Assembly: GCF_902713615.1 (NCBI RefSeq)
Contig: NC_052151.1
Location: 201,837,703 to 201,901,702, forward strand
Origin: Scyliorhinus canicula
Taxonomy: Eukaryota
DNA length: 64,000 nucleotides
Direction of reading: 5' to 3'
The translations under genes and the position numbers were made by a program. The notes below the pieces were generated by a model. That model did not search any database, was not told the origin of the DNA, and saw nothing but the letters and a program-made list of their open reading frames with translations. Position 1 is the first letter of the stretch, and every line of letters begins with the position of its first letter. Positions 1-12,338 of the stretch are shown one piece after another.

Positions 1-149
1 ATCCGTGTCTTCATTTCCAAAGTAATTGCTTGTCTTGCAGTCTTTGAATCGTAATTGTGATCCTCGGTTCAATATCTCTGAAATTCTGCCTCCAGTCACT
101 GAGCTTGTCTCGTTCCGCACTCACTGACTGTCTCCTCTTGTTCCCTCAG

Positions 150-470
150 TTCAGAATCAGGCTGCCCGTCTCCCTGTGAATGGATCCCTGGGTCAGTCAG
201 TCTCCCTGTCTCCGGTAATCCCACATCGATTGATGGACATCGAGGTTATCTGGAAACAATCTTCACGCAGTCTCAGAATAGCACGATACAGCAAGGAACA
301 TGTCAGTTACGTTGGGTCTGAGGATTACCAGAAACGGATCAAATTTCATCCTGGGAACTTCAGTCTGCAAATCAATGACTTACAGAGAGAGGATGCTGGG
401 AGTTATGAGGTGTTTTTAACAAGAGATTCAGGAGAGGAAACTACAGAGACCATTCAACTGGACGTGTACG
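150..470 (+). CDS. Gene A exon 2: CD2/SLAM-type N-terminal IgV domain (no canonical disulfide)
   Basis: Polypyrimidine/CAG acceptor at 147-149 and GTAAGT donor at 471; 321 nt, phase 1-1. QNQAARLPVNGSLGQSVSL..VIWK..RIKFHPGNFSLQINDLQREDAGSYEV..TIQLDVY has the Ig V-set DxGxY motif and lacks the B- and F-strand Cys, as in CD2/SLAM V domains. Confidence 0.92.
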
Positions 471-1315
471 GTAAGTGAGATTCTATTGGACATGCCTGGT
501 TTTACCCAGTTGTTGAAACCTGCCTTGTAACATTTTCAGGGCAGATTTCCTGGATATTTCAGTTTCCAGAACTCACTCATTGCAGAATCCATAATGGTGT
601 AACTGATCTTAGGTAAAAACATCTCAGAATGTAAGAGCAGAATAAACCCTCTCTGGTGAAGGCCATTCAACCCCTCTTATCACGTTAAATTATTCTCTGA
701 GGTCAATTCATCTACATCGACTCTGCCATTCCGCTCTATTCCGCATATCTCTCGTTGTTTTCCACACATCTATCCATCTCACTTTGAAATAAACTAATTG
801 GCTCTGAAGCCACAGCTGTCTGAGGTAGAGAATCCCAAACATTCACATTCGCCTGAGTGAAGTAATTTCTCTTCAACTCTACCCAAACTGGCTGAGCCAT
901 TATTCCGTGACCCATCCTCCACCCAGACAAGATTCCCCAATCAGCATGAAGCAGCCTCTCAGCATCTACCCCATTAACTACTCCAGAAATGTTATACTTT
1001 TCAATGAGAGCATCTTTTTCGTGGTCTGACCAGGATATCGAGACCAGAAATGTGCACAGGGCTCCAAATGTGGTCTGACCAGGGATATGTTATTTGGAGA
1101 GTATAACTGTGCACAACGATCCAAATGTACTTTAAGCAAGGTTTCAGAAAAGTTGAACTTAACTTCCATCATTTTTAATTCTATCGCCATAACAAATGCA
1201 TTCCAGTGTTATGTATGAAAATACCAGCCTTACTCACAGGCACAGAGACCTCTCAATCTCTACCTAAACAGACATTTGTGAGACCATCACAGGCTCTCTT
1301 TGTTTAATATTGAAA

Positions 1316-1606
1316 GTGGGTGGCACAGTCGCACATTGGTTAGCACTGTTGCTTCACAGCTCCAGGGTCCCAGGTTTGATTCCCGGCTTGGGTCACTGTC
1401 TGTGCGGAGTCTGCACATTCTCCCCGTGTGTGCGTGAGTTTCCTCCGGGTGCTCCGGTTTCCTCCCACAAGTCCCAAAAGACGTGCTGTTAGGTGAATTG
1501 GACATTCTGAATTCTCCCTCCGTGTATCCCGAACATGTGGCGACTAGGGGCTTCTCACAGTAACTTCATTGCAATGTTAATGTAAGCCTACTTGTGACAA
1601 AAAAAT
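1316..1606 (+). mobile_element. tRNA-derived SINE (HE1-like)
   Basis: A-box TGGTTAGCAC, B-box-like GGTTTGATTCC, and conserved core GGGTTTCCTCCGGGTGCTCCGGTTTCCTCCCAC. Confidence 0.85.
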
Positions 1607-2150
1607 TATCATCAATTACACACCCATTCTGCCTCTGTAAACACTGAGTGAGTGGAGATTTACGTTATGTTCCACATATTCACACACTCACTCTGAAACA
1701 CCAGAATCAATCTCAGTGCAAAACTATTCCAATGTCGGAGGCGCCACAAGCATTAACCAAACACAGAGCAGACCGAGAGGGTGCACTCCACATAACAAGG
1801 GTCACGGGGAGCACTGGCTAGAGTCACCAATGAGACTGATCCAGAGAGAATACCTCGGATACAATCCCAAAATTGTGGAGATTCACAGAGAGTGGGAGTG
1901 AATGAGTGTTTGTGATTGTAGTGAAAGAGCGTGTAACACACTGCGTATTCCATCCATTCGTCATATTGACTCATGTGACTTGTTTGAACTCAGTGGGATG
2001 AGGGGAATGGTTAAGATGGTGGATGGAGGGATAAGGGAGGGGGGTCTTGTGAGGGTCTGAAGCAGGGGTGAGGGTGCTGGATATTGAGGTGTCCCACGAG
2101 GGTCGACATTCCTTCCTCATGTTTCTTTTGTCTTTCGATCTGATTGTCAG

Positions 2151-2447
2151 AGCCTGTGACAGGAACAAAGATCAGCCAAAAGACAGAGAACTGCACCATG
2201 ACCCTGACCTGCTCAGTGAACACAGGCGACAACATCAGCTTCATATGGTGGAAGGGACAAGAAGCATTGATAAACTATAGCTCCCATCATCTCTCCGACA
2301 ATGGACAGGAATTACAGCTTCACTTCACAGAGGAGACCAACGACGCTGTGTACATGTGTGAGGCCAGGAACCCAGTCAGTGAGTGCACTGCACAATTCAA
2401 CACTGCACAATCCAACTTGAGTGGCATCTGCAATGCAAACAGAAATG
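2151..2447 (+). CDS. Gene A exon 3: SLAM-type IgC2 domain
   Basis: Acceptor tgtcag at 2145-2150, donor GTGAGT at 2448; 297 nt, phase 1-1. EPVTGTKIS..ENCTMTLTCSV..YMCEARNPVS..SGIC has the four-Cys C2 pattern (C-x-x-x-L-T-C, Y-x-C-x-A-x-N-P-V-S, terminal C) typical of the SLAM family. Confidence 0.92.
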
Positions 2448-2518
2448 GTGAGTGTCACAGATAAAGTATTACACAGTCCAATATTCCAATTGTCCTGAGT
2501 GTGTTTGATGGGGACAGT

Positions 2519-2789
2519 TGTGGTAGTATGACTAGGGGTATTACGGTACCTGGGAGTGTCAGCTGCCATTGGTGCAGAGGACTCACTGCCCATTGGCCCA
2601 GGTATGTCATGTGCCTCTCAGCCGATTAGCTGAGAGGTAGGTAGCTCCGCCTACAAGGCGGGGTATAAGAACCCGGGTTCCCCGGTAGTCGGCCTTTCTT
2701 CTGTACGTCTGCTGCCAGGTCCACTTCTTGTGTATTAAAGCCTATCGTTCGGACTTTATCTACATTTCGTGTCCATTGATTGTGCATCA
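2519..2789 (+). mobile_element. Solo Gypsy-type LTR inserted in the 69-bp satellite
   Basis: TG...CA ends, 5-bp TSD ACAGT (2514-2518 and 2790-2794), TATA-like GTATAAG and ATTAAA. Confidence 0.85.
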
Positions 2790-2794
2790 ACAGT

Positions 2795-4713
2795 GTAAAG
2801 GGAGATTTACTCTGTATCTAACACCTGTGCTGTACCTGTCCTGGGAGTGTTTGATGAGGACAGTGTAGAGGGAGGTTTACTCTGTATCTAACCCCCTGCT
2901 GTACCTGTCCTGGGAGTGTTTGATGGGGACAGTGTAGAGGGAGATTTACTCTGTATCTAACCCCGTGCTGTACCTATCCTAGGAGTGTTTGATGGGCAGT
3001 GTAGAAGGAGCTGTACTCTGTATCTAACCCCGTGCTGTACCTGTCCTGGGAGTGTTTGATGGGGACAGTGTAGAGGAAGCTTTACTCTGTATCTAACCCC
3101 GTGCTGTACCTGTCCTGGGAGTGTTTGATGAGGACAGTGCAGAGGGGGCTTTACTCTGTATCTAACCCCATGCTGTACCTGTCCTGGGAGTGTTTGATGG
3201 GGACAGTGTAGAGGGAGCTTTACTCTGTATCTAACCCCGTGCTGGACCTGTCCTGCGAGTGTTTGATGGGGACAGTGTAGATGGAGCTTTACTCTGTATC
3301 TAACCCCGTGCTGTACCTGTCCTGCGAGTGTTTGATGGGGGCAGTGTAGAGGGAGCTTTACTCGATATCTAACCCCGTGCTGTACCTGTCCTGCGAGTGT
3401 TTGATGGGGACAGTGTAGAGGGAGATTTACTCTGTATCTAACCCCGTGCTGTACCTGTCCTGCGAGTGTTTGATGGGGACAGTGTAGAGGGAGCTTTACT
3501 CTGTATCTAACCCCGTGCTGTACCTGTCCTGGGTGTTTGATGAGGACAGTGCAGAGGGAGCTTTACTCTGTATCTAACCCCATGCTGTACCTGTCCTGGG
3601 AGTGTTTGATGGGGGCAGTGTAGAGGGAGCTTTACTCTGTATCTAACCCCGTGCTGTACCTGTCCTGCGAGTGTTTGATGGGGACAGTGTAGAGGGAGCT
3701 TTACTCTGTATCTAACCCTGTGCTGTACCTGTCCTGGGAGTGTTTGATGAGGACAGTGCAGAGGGAGCTTTACTCTGTATCTAACCCCATGCTGTACCTG
3801 TCCTGGGAGTGTTTGATGGGGGCAGTGTAGAGGGAGCTTTACTCTGTATCTAACCCCGTGCTGTACCTGTCCTGCGAGTGTTTGATGGGGACAGTGTAGA
3901 GGGAGCTTTACTCTGTATCTAACCCCGTGCTGTACCTGTCTTGGGAGTGTTTGATGGGGCAGTGCAGAGGGGGATTTACTCTGTATCTAACCCCGTGCTG
4001 TACCTGTCCTGCGAGTGTTTGATGGGGGCAGTGTAGAGGGAGCTTTACTCGATATCTAACCCCATGCTGTACCTGTCCTGGGAGTGTTTGATGGGGATAG
4101 TGTAGAGGGAGCTTTACTCAGTATCTAACCCGGTGCTGTACCTGCCCTGGGAGTGTTTGATGGGGACAGTGTAGAGGGAGCTTTACTCTGTATCTAACCC
4201 CGTGCTGTACCTGTCTTGGGAGTGTTTGATGGGGCAGTGCAGAGGGGGATTTACTCTGTATCTAACCCCGTGCTGTACCTGTCCTGCGAGTGTTTGATGG
4301 GGGCAGTGTAGAGGGAGCTTTACTCGATATCTAACCCCATGCTGTACCTGTCCCGGGAGTGTTTGATGGGGATAGTGTAGAGGGAGCTTTACTCAGTATC
4401 TAACCCCGTGCTGTACCTGTCCTCGGACTGTTTGATGGAGTGAATGTAGAGGGAGCTTTACTCTGTATCTAAAGCCGTGCTGTACCTGTCCTGGGAGTGT
4501 TTGATGGGAACAGTGTAGAGGGAGCTTTACTCCATATCTAACCCCGTGCTGTACCTGTCCTGGGACTGTTTGATGGCGACAGTGTAGAGGGAGCTTTACT
4601 CTGTATCTAACCCCGTGCTGTCCCTGTCCTGGGAGTGTTTGATAGGGACAGTGTAGAGGGAGCTTTACTCTGTTTCTAACCCCGTGCTGTACCTGTCCTG
4701 GGAGTGTTTGATG
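2795..4713 (+). repeat. 69-bp tandem satellite, about 28 units, gene A intron 3
   Basis: Unit GGGGACAGTGTAGAGGGAGCTTTACTCTGTATCTAACCCCGTGCTGTACCTGTCCTGGGAGTGTTTGAT; period measured from 3061 to 3130. Confidence 0.97.
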
Positions 4714-4752
4714 GTGTTATATTTCTTAGTTGTCACACATGGAAAAGTAATG

Positions 4753-4939
4753 GGGCTGAATTCTCCGTTGGCAGGATCCTCTGTTCTGCCGGCAGCGCAT
4801 TCAGCCTACAGATTTCCCAACGGTGAGGGAGTGCCCACAATGGGAAACCCCATTGGCCGGCTAGTGGGACGGAGGATTGCGCAGTTGGCGGGAGTGCGCT
4901 GCACCTGAAAAGGGGAAGACAGGATGGAGAATCCAGCCC
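4753..4939. mobile_element. MITE, PIF/Harbinger-like
   Basis: TIRs GGGCTGAATTCTCC / GGAGAATCCAGCCC with 3-bp TSD ATG. Confidence 0.7.
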
Positions 4940-5419
4940 ATGGAGTTCCCACACCCTGGATTCTTGTAAAACACGATGAGAGGTTTATTAAGGGTGGTGC
5001 TTCTACAATCAAAACGGTGCGATACCCAAAAGTTGCATAAACACTCTGTTTTTGATGTCACTACACATCACATGACTTAGAACCAGCAAGAATGCATCCC
5101 CAGATACATAATATACCTCCCTCTATACTTCATTAGTGTGACGACATCAGTTAACAATTGTATAACAGATCCATATGTGTTATTTTATAAACATATATAC
5201 AATTCAATAAGACAGTCTCTGTGGTGGATGTCTCTTCCTTTTTGGTAGTATTCGGTGCTCTTGAACCTTTGTGACCTCAGGAGTTTCCTCATTCCTTTCC
5301 GTAGACAGTACTACTTGAGTTGTTATTTCTCTATCTGTCACTACAGGCAAGTCCTCAGGAACCCGTCACTGTCTCTGGTCTCTGTTCCAAAGTATAGCTC
5401 TCCAGATCTTCTAAAGGTA

Positions 5420-6195
5420 GAACGGAGCTGGTCATTGACTTCAGGAAGCAAAGTACTGTACACACCCCTGTCAGCATCAACAGGGCCGAGGTGGAGATGT
5501 TTAGCAGCTTCAAATTCCTAGGCGTGCACATCTCCAGAAATCTGACCTGGTCCACCCACGTCGACGCTATCACCAAGAAAACACAACAGCGCTGATACTT
5601 CCTCAGGAAACTAAGGAAATTCGGCATGTCCACATTAACCCTTACCAACTTTTACAGATGCACTATGGAAAGCATCCTATCAGGCTGCATCACAGCCTGG
5701 TATGGCAACTGCTCGGCCCAGGACCACAAGGAACTTCAGAGAGTCGTGAATACTGCCCAGTCCATCACACGAACCTGCCTCCCATCCATGGATTCCATCT
5801 ACACCTCCCGCTGCCGGGGGAAAGCGGGCAGCATAATCAAGGATCCCTCCCACCCAGCTTACTCACTTTTCCAACTTCTTCTCCATCGGGCAGGAGATAC
5901 AGAAGTCTGAGAACACGCACTAACAGACTCAAAAACAGCTTCTTCTCCACTGTCACCAGATTCCTAAATGACCCTCTTATTGACTGACCTCATTAACACT
6001 ACACCCTATATGCTTCATCGATGCCGGTGCTTATGTAGTCACATTGTATATCTTGTGTTGCCCTATTATGTATTTTCTTGAATTTTGTTTAATTCCCTTG
6101 TCTTCCATGTACTGAATGATCTGTTGAGCTGCTTGCAGAAAAATACTTTCACTGTACCTCGGTACACGTGACAATAAACAAATCCAATCCAATGC
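5420..6195 (+). mobile_element. 5'-truncated Rex1/Babar LINE
   Basis: Degenerate RT C-terminus (ELVIDFRKQ..FKFLGVHIS..TLTNFYRCTMESILSGCITAWYGNC..) and 3' tail AATAAACAAATCCAATCCAAT. Confidence 0.8.
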
Positions 6196-6663
6196 TATCC
6201 CCTTGAGAAGTTTCTGTGAACTCATTTCATGCAGCAAGTTGCTGATCAGCATGATCTCACCAAACTCTTTCATCATTAGTCTAAACAGTGTATGAAATTG
6301 GACCTGTTTTCACCAGGATCATAGCTGGTACTCATCTGTTGGTGGTGTAATTTGTAGCTAGTACTCCCGCTCCCTGGTTAAATATTCATCTTTTAGAGAT
6401 TTTCTCTATCTTAGCAATTTGTGTTTGTTGTTGTCACTTGACAATCTCTGAAGTGTCAGGGAGAGCTGACAAATCAAATTTTGTTTGCAGTTTCCCCTTG
6501 AACAACAGCATTGCCGGTGAACTTTGTGGATAATATGAACAGTGTTCCAATAAGCTATTAGAAACTTGTTTTCTCTTTTTGATAATGTTCTGTTGCTCGT
6601 TTTACTGGAGTGTGATTAACACTCCTCCGTTTAAAGACCGTGTGCTTAACACTACTATGGCTC

Positions 6664-7540
6664 TGTATGTGTAATTATGGTTGGAGTCGCCAGGTGCCGT
6701 ATTGAGACACCGTCACAAGTATATCAAGGTCAGGTTCAAAGTAATAAATCCATACACCGATTAGTAAGTCCAAACGATTGGTGTTTATTATAACAAATAT
6801 AATAAATACACATGCAGACGCTAAAGAGACTAACTTACTTCTAATACTAAACAACTAAATACTTATCTAGACAGGAACAGGCAAGGTCAGGGAGCAAGGC
6901 ATTCGTCCCATTCTTGGTCTGTAACTTTCTGATTGGCAAAGTTGTCAAGGGCTGGCAAGGTCTGGGTCACGTAGCGATCGTTGTGTTGGCACTTACAGTT
7001 CGATGGCTGATGCTCAACGGCCGGTGATGAAACTGGAGACAGGATGCGATGCAACAGGTCTGGGCCGGAGTCTGGAAGCAACAGTTGGAGCAAACATATC
7101 TGGGAGCAACAGCAGATCTGGGCCGGAGCAAAACAGACCGAACCATGTGCGGGACCTACTCTTATAGGTCCCAGGAGGTTCAGGCCCCCTTGGGGCGGCC
7201 CTCTCATCGATTGGGTCTTTCCCAATCGATATCTTTCAAACTCCCCAATCCTAGGGTCGTTCCTCGATGGGTGGGGCGGTCCCTACGGCTCTTTGTGTTG
7301 GTTGCTTTGGCACCATTCTGTCTGGGCGTCTATGGAAAAGTATCCATCGATACTTAAATGTTTCTATTGTCCGGGGTCTGGATCTGATCACCTCATTACT
7401 ATGCAGATCTGTTTCCCATTTGCACCTTTGGCTGAAACTCTGCACCTGGCTTGAAACTGGTTTCTGTACGTGCAAAATGCAAAACAGTCTTCTGCAAGCT
7501 GTGTGTCCTCACTATGACTGTTTTTCCCTGCAGTCTTAGC
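6664..7540. mobile_element. Probable long solo LTR, unclassified
   Basis: LTR-like composition with TTTATT/AATAAA and a CTTATA motif, no coding capacity; TSD not verified. Confidence 0.3.
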
Positions 7541-8105
7541 AGTTCTCCATTTTGTAGCCCAGTGTCCATCTTAGATGGCTACAGTTCCTTGCTTCGATGC
7601 TTTGATAAAATGCTTTAATGATTTTACTAAACGTTTGGCCAATCCATTCGTTGCTGGATGATATGGAGCTGACTTGATAAAGTCTACACCATTCCGTTTT
7701 TAAGTAGTTTTGAAACTCTCTCACAGTAAACTGAGTACCGTTATCACTGATGATCTGCTCCAGTGTTCCAAACCTTGTGAATATTTCAACTAGTTTTTCA
7801 ATGGTCTGCTCAGTCATTGTTGATTTCATGATCGTGACTTCCGGCCTTTTCAAGCGTGAGTTCACAATCACTAAGATCATGTGACTTTCCGACTCTCCAG
7901 TGGACAAGGATAATCGATGTGTAATCTCTGACGTGGCTGAGTTGGCCATTCCCACAGATGTAATGGTGGAGTGTTCCTTGGCATCGCCCAACCTTCTCTT
8001 CAAGTTGAGCGTCTAATCCTGGCCACCAAAAATAACAGTGTGCCAATTCCTTCATCATCACCAAACCAGGATGTCCCTCATTCAGTTTTGTCAAGGTGAG
8101 GGACA
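7540..8105 (-). mobile_element. Degraded Gypsy integrase fragment
   Basis: H2C2 zinc-binding remnant (NEGHPGLVMMKELAHCYFWWPGLD) and core motif (EQIISDNGTQFT..EFQNYLK). Confidence 0.75.
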
Positions 8106-8109
8106 TAAT

Positions 8110-8780
8110 TACGGCACAGTGGCTAGCACTGCTGCTTCACAGCGCCAGGGACCTGGGTTCAATTCCGGCATTGGATGACTGTGTCGCGTTTGCACGTTCT
8201 CCCCGTGTCTGTGTGGGTTTCTTCCGAGTGCTCCGGTTTCCTCCCACAGTCCAAAGATATGTAGGCTAGGTGGATTGGCCAGGTTAAGATTTCCTCTTAG
8301 TGTCCAAAGATGTGTAGGTTACGAGGTTGGCAGGGATAGTGCAGGGGGCCTCGGTAGAGTTCTCTTTCGGAGGGTCGGTGGAGACTTGATGGGCTGAATG
8401 GCCTCCTTCTGCACAGTAGGTAGTCCACAGATTCTACGGACTCTATTACGTACGCCCAAGAAATTATTACACGGATTCCCCGCATAGGGCGGCAAGGTGG
8501 CAAAGTAGTTAGCACCATTGCCTTACAACTCCAGGGACTCGTATTTGATTCTGTCATCGGATGACTGTCCTGTGTGGAGTGCACATTCTCCCTGTGTCTG
8601 TGTGGGTTTCCTCCGTGTGCTCCAGTTTCATCCCGTAGTCTTAAGGTGTGCAGGCTATGTGGATTGGCCATGCTAAATTGCCCTTTAGGGTGGGTTACAG
8701 TAGCAGGGTGGGAGATTGGGCCTTTCAAAGTGTCGGTACAGACTCGATGGGCCAACTTGTTTCATTCTGTACTGAAGGGA
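8110..8780 (+). mobile_element. Two tandem HE1-like SINEs (about 8110-8420 and 8486-8780)
   Basis: Same head, core and GGCCTCCTTCTGCAC-type tail. Confidence 0.85.
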
Positions 8781-8789
8781 TTCTACTTT

Positions 8790-9660
8790 TAGAGTTCTTG
8801 AAGATGGAACAAACCAAGTGGATAATTGGGATCCTGTAGCTGTCGGATATCTGGACTTTGGGAAGATGTTTGATAAGGTGCCACACAGAAGATCAATACA
8901 CAAGGTTAGATCACATGGGGTTAGGGGTAATTTACTCACTTGGATGGAAGACTGGCTGAAGGACAGGAGACGGAGTTGGGATAAATGGGTCTTTTTCTGG
9001 ATGGCAAGATGCAACTAGTTAGGTGTCACAGGGTCCTGTCCTTAGGCCCCTATTATTTACAATCTATATTACCGATTTGGATAAAAGGAATAGAAGGTTC
9101 TACAACCAAATTTGCAGACGGCACAGAAATAGGTGGGACAGTAAGTTGCAAGGAGGAAATAAGAACCTTACAAATGGATATAGAACATAGAACAGTACAG
9201 CACAGAACAGGTCCTTCGGCCCTCGATGTTGTGCCGAGCAATGATCACCCTACTCAAACCCACGTATCCACCCTATACCCGTAACCCAACAACCCCCCCT
9301 TAACCTTACTTTTTAGGACACTATGGGCAATTTAGCACGGCCAATCCACCTAACCCGCACATCTTTAGAAACCCACGCAGACACGGGGAGGACGTGCAGA
9401 CTCCGCACAGAGAGTGACCCAGCCGGGAATCGAACCTGGGACCCTGGAGCTGTGAAGCATTTATGCTAACCACCATGCTACCGTGCTGCCCATATGGATA
9501 GGTTAGGAGAGTGGGCCAAAATGTGGCAGATGGAGTTGAACGTGGATAAGCGGAGGTCCTGCATTTTGGTGGGAAAAATAGAAAGGCAACTTTATTATGT
9601 AAATGTAGAGAAACATCGAGGTGTTCCGGTGCAGAGGAATTCTGGTGTCCTCCTGCTTGG
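8790..9660 (+). mobile_element. CR1 RT fragment interrupted by a SINE
   Basis: YLDFGKMFDKVPH..KFADGTEIGG..MDRLGEWAKMWQMELNV; SINE at 9181-9491 flanked by an ATGGATA duplication. Confidence 0.8.
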
Positions 9661-9997
9661 ATCGCCGAAAACTATCATTATCAGAATCCTTACGGTACGG
9701 AAGGAGGGCATTCGGCCCATCACGTCTTCACCGACCCTTCAAATGAGCACTCTACCCATACCCACTTCCCCCTATTCTCATAACCCCATAACCTAACCTA
9801 CACATCCCTAAGACACTAATGTACAATTTAGCATGGCCAATCCACCTAACCTGCACATCTTTGGACTGTGGGAGGAAACCAGAGCACCCGGAGGAAACCC
9901 ACGCACACACGGGGTGAATGTACAAACTCCACACAGACAGTGACCAAGCAGAATTTAACCTAGATTCCTGGTGCTGTGAGGCAGCAGTGTTAACCAT
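9181..9997 (-). mobile_element. Two HE1-like SINEs (9181-9491 and about 9690-9997)
   Basis: Reverse-complement SINE heads and cores. Confidence 0.85.
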
Positions 9998-12338
9998 TCT
10001 TTTTTCGCCCGTTGCACGAAGGTTGGTCTGCGCACATTTGTCCCTGAGACTCGATGTGTTGGATTATCTCTCGTGGTTCACTTGGCGAAGTGACTGAACG
10101 AGACAATGCATCCGCAATGATTAGATCTTTGCCAGGCGTATATACAAGATTGAAATCATATCTCCGAAGTTTGAGTAATATTCTTTGTAATCGAGGAGTC
10201 ATGTCATTTAGATTATTTTCAATGATATGCACCAGCGGCCTATGATCTGTTTCCACGGTGAATGTGGGGAGGCAGTAAACGTAATCATGGAAGAGCTAAA
10301 GATTCCTTTTCAGTTTAAGCGGACCGAGTCTCTGTTGGTGTCATTGCCCGTGATGCATACGCTGCTGAAACCCAATAACAAAGTGTCATCTTTCTGTAAC
10401 AACACTGCTCCAATTCCATCCTGACTTGCGTCAGTCGAAATCGGTTTCACAATCTGGATCAAAGAATGCTAAGACGGGTGCAGTTGTGAGTTTTGCCTTT
10501 AACTCCAACCACTCTTTTTGTTGTTCCGTCGTCCACTCAAACAAGGTTGATTTTTTTTTGGATTAAATTTCTTAGAGATGTTGTGTGGTTGGCCAAATTT
10601 GGCATAAATTTGCCTAAAACGTTCTTGTCCTTAGGGACTTTCATGGCTTCAGTGGCTTTTATCTTGTCTGTGTCCAGTCGTACACCGTGTTCCGACATCT
10701 GGTCACCCAGGAACTTGAGCGTGGACGTTCCAAAGCTGCATTTGGATTTGTTTAGCGTGAGGCCATGCGTTTGAAGACTCTCTGCAGTCTCGACACATGT
10801 TTCTCTGGAGTTGAAGACCAGATGATAATATCATCCACTTAGAACACAAACTCCGTCTGTTCCTTCCATCATCTGTTCCATGATGCGGTGGAATATTTCA
10901 GACGCTGAAATGATTCCAAATGGCATTCGATTGTTGCAAAATCTGCCAAAAGGTGTATTGAGGGTGCAGAGCTTCCTGCTGGATTCTTCTAGTTGTATTT
11001 GCCAGAATCCTCCAGATTCATCCACCTTGGTGAAGATGCGCGTGTGGGCCATCTCACTTGTAATCTCTTCCCTTTTTGGGATTGGGTAGTGTTCCCACAC
11101 TATGTTCTTGTTTAAGTCCTTAGGGTCTATGCAGATTCTTAAATCACCCGAAGGCTTTTTGACGCACACCATTGAACTGACCCAGTCAGTCGGTTCAGTG
11201 ACTTTGGAGATGATGTCTTTTTCTGTCGACTTGCTCGCTCTGATTTTAACCGTTCCCTCAGTGGAGCAGGGACTCTCCTTGCTGGGTGAACTGCAGGTTC
11301 TGCATCAGAACGCAGCAACATTTTGTACTCAAATGGAAGTGTGCCCATTCCGCTGAAGACATCTGGATATTGATCCAATATTCCTTCAATTCTGCTCTGA
11401 AGAGCTGGATGAGACGACGTCAATGTGTAAATCCTTTGAATAAGGTTCAGTTGCTTGCAGGCTTTCGCACCTAAGAGCGATGACTTGTCTGATCGGACAA
11501 TCTCAAATCTCAGGCTCATCTCGATGTGTTTGTTGGACGCTACGAAATGGCATGACCACATTGACGAGATTGCATTGCCATTGTAGTCTTGATGTTTGCA
11601 GGCAGCTGGAAGGAGATTCGGAGCTTGCTTGAGCTTCGAGAAGTCGAGCGTCAAAAGCAGGTTAGCGGAGGCACCTGTGTCCAGCTTGAATTTAATCGGC
11701 CATCTGTTGACATCCAACATTGTGTTCCTTGCAGCGTCGGAATCAATGGCATGGATTGATTTTGCTTGCCAAAACTCTGTGGAGTTTTCAAACTGTTCAA
11801 TAATTCCCACTTGGAATGTTTTATCCAGGCAATAATCTTCTGGACCTGTTGCACTATCTTGATCCGCCTCATCTGTTTTAAATTGTACACTGCCAATGTT
11901 ACTCTTCTTGAAGTTCAGTTTGTGAGTTTTAAATGGGAGTGCAGATCTGCACTGTGCAGCATAGTGATTCAATCTCCCACATTGGAGACATTGTTTGCCT
12001 TTTACAGGGCATTTTTCTCAGAGGAGGACGGTTCCACACGTGGTACACGTCATCGTGTCAACATCATGATGATGCGTGTGTCTTTGCGCATGCGCAGAAC
12101 GGTTCTCGGCCGTCTCGCACTTTTTTGTGAAGTGCGCATGTGCGGGGCCCGAGTGAGCGCACGCGAGATAACTGCCTTATTTTGGCACCATATTCACCGA
12201 TTTTATCCTGCAAGTACTGATTTTTGGACTGTTGATGGACCAAACACGTTTCAATAGCAATTTCAAGGATCAAATATTTTTGCCGAAGTAATCTCTCTCT
12301 AAGGTTTGCATCAATAATTCCAAACACTATTTGATCAT

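Noticed and set aside
150-470. Immunoglobulin or TCR V gene segment
   Set aside because: It lacks the canonical Cys pair, ends in a splice donor rather than a heptamer/nonamer RSS, and is spliced to a C2 exon.
1316-1400. tRNA genes (A/B boxes at many SINE heads)
   Set aside because: The boxes continue into the shared SINE body and I see no cloverleaf or acceptor stem.
2795-4713. CRISPR-like regular array
   Set aside because: The units are head-to-tail with no unique spacers, in a vertebrate intron; it is a satellite.
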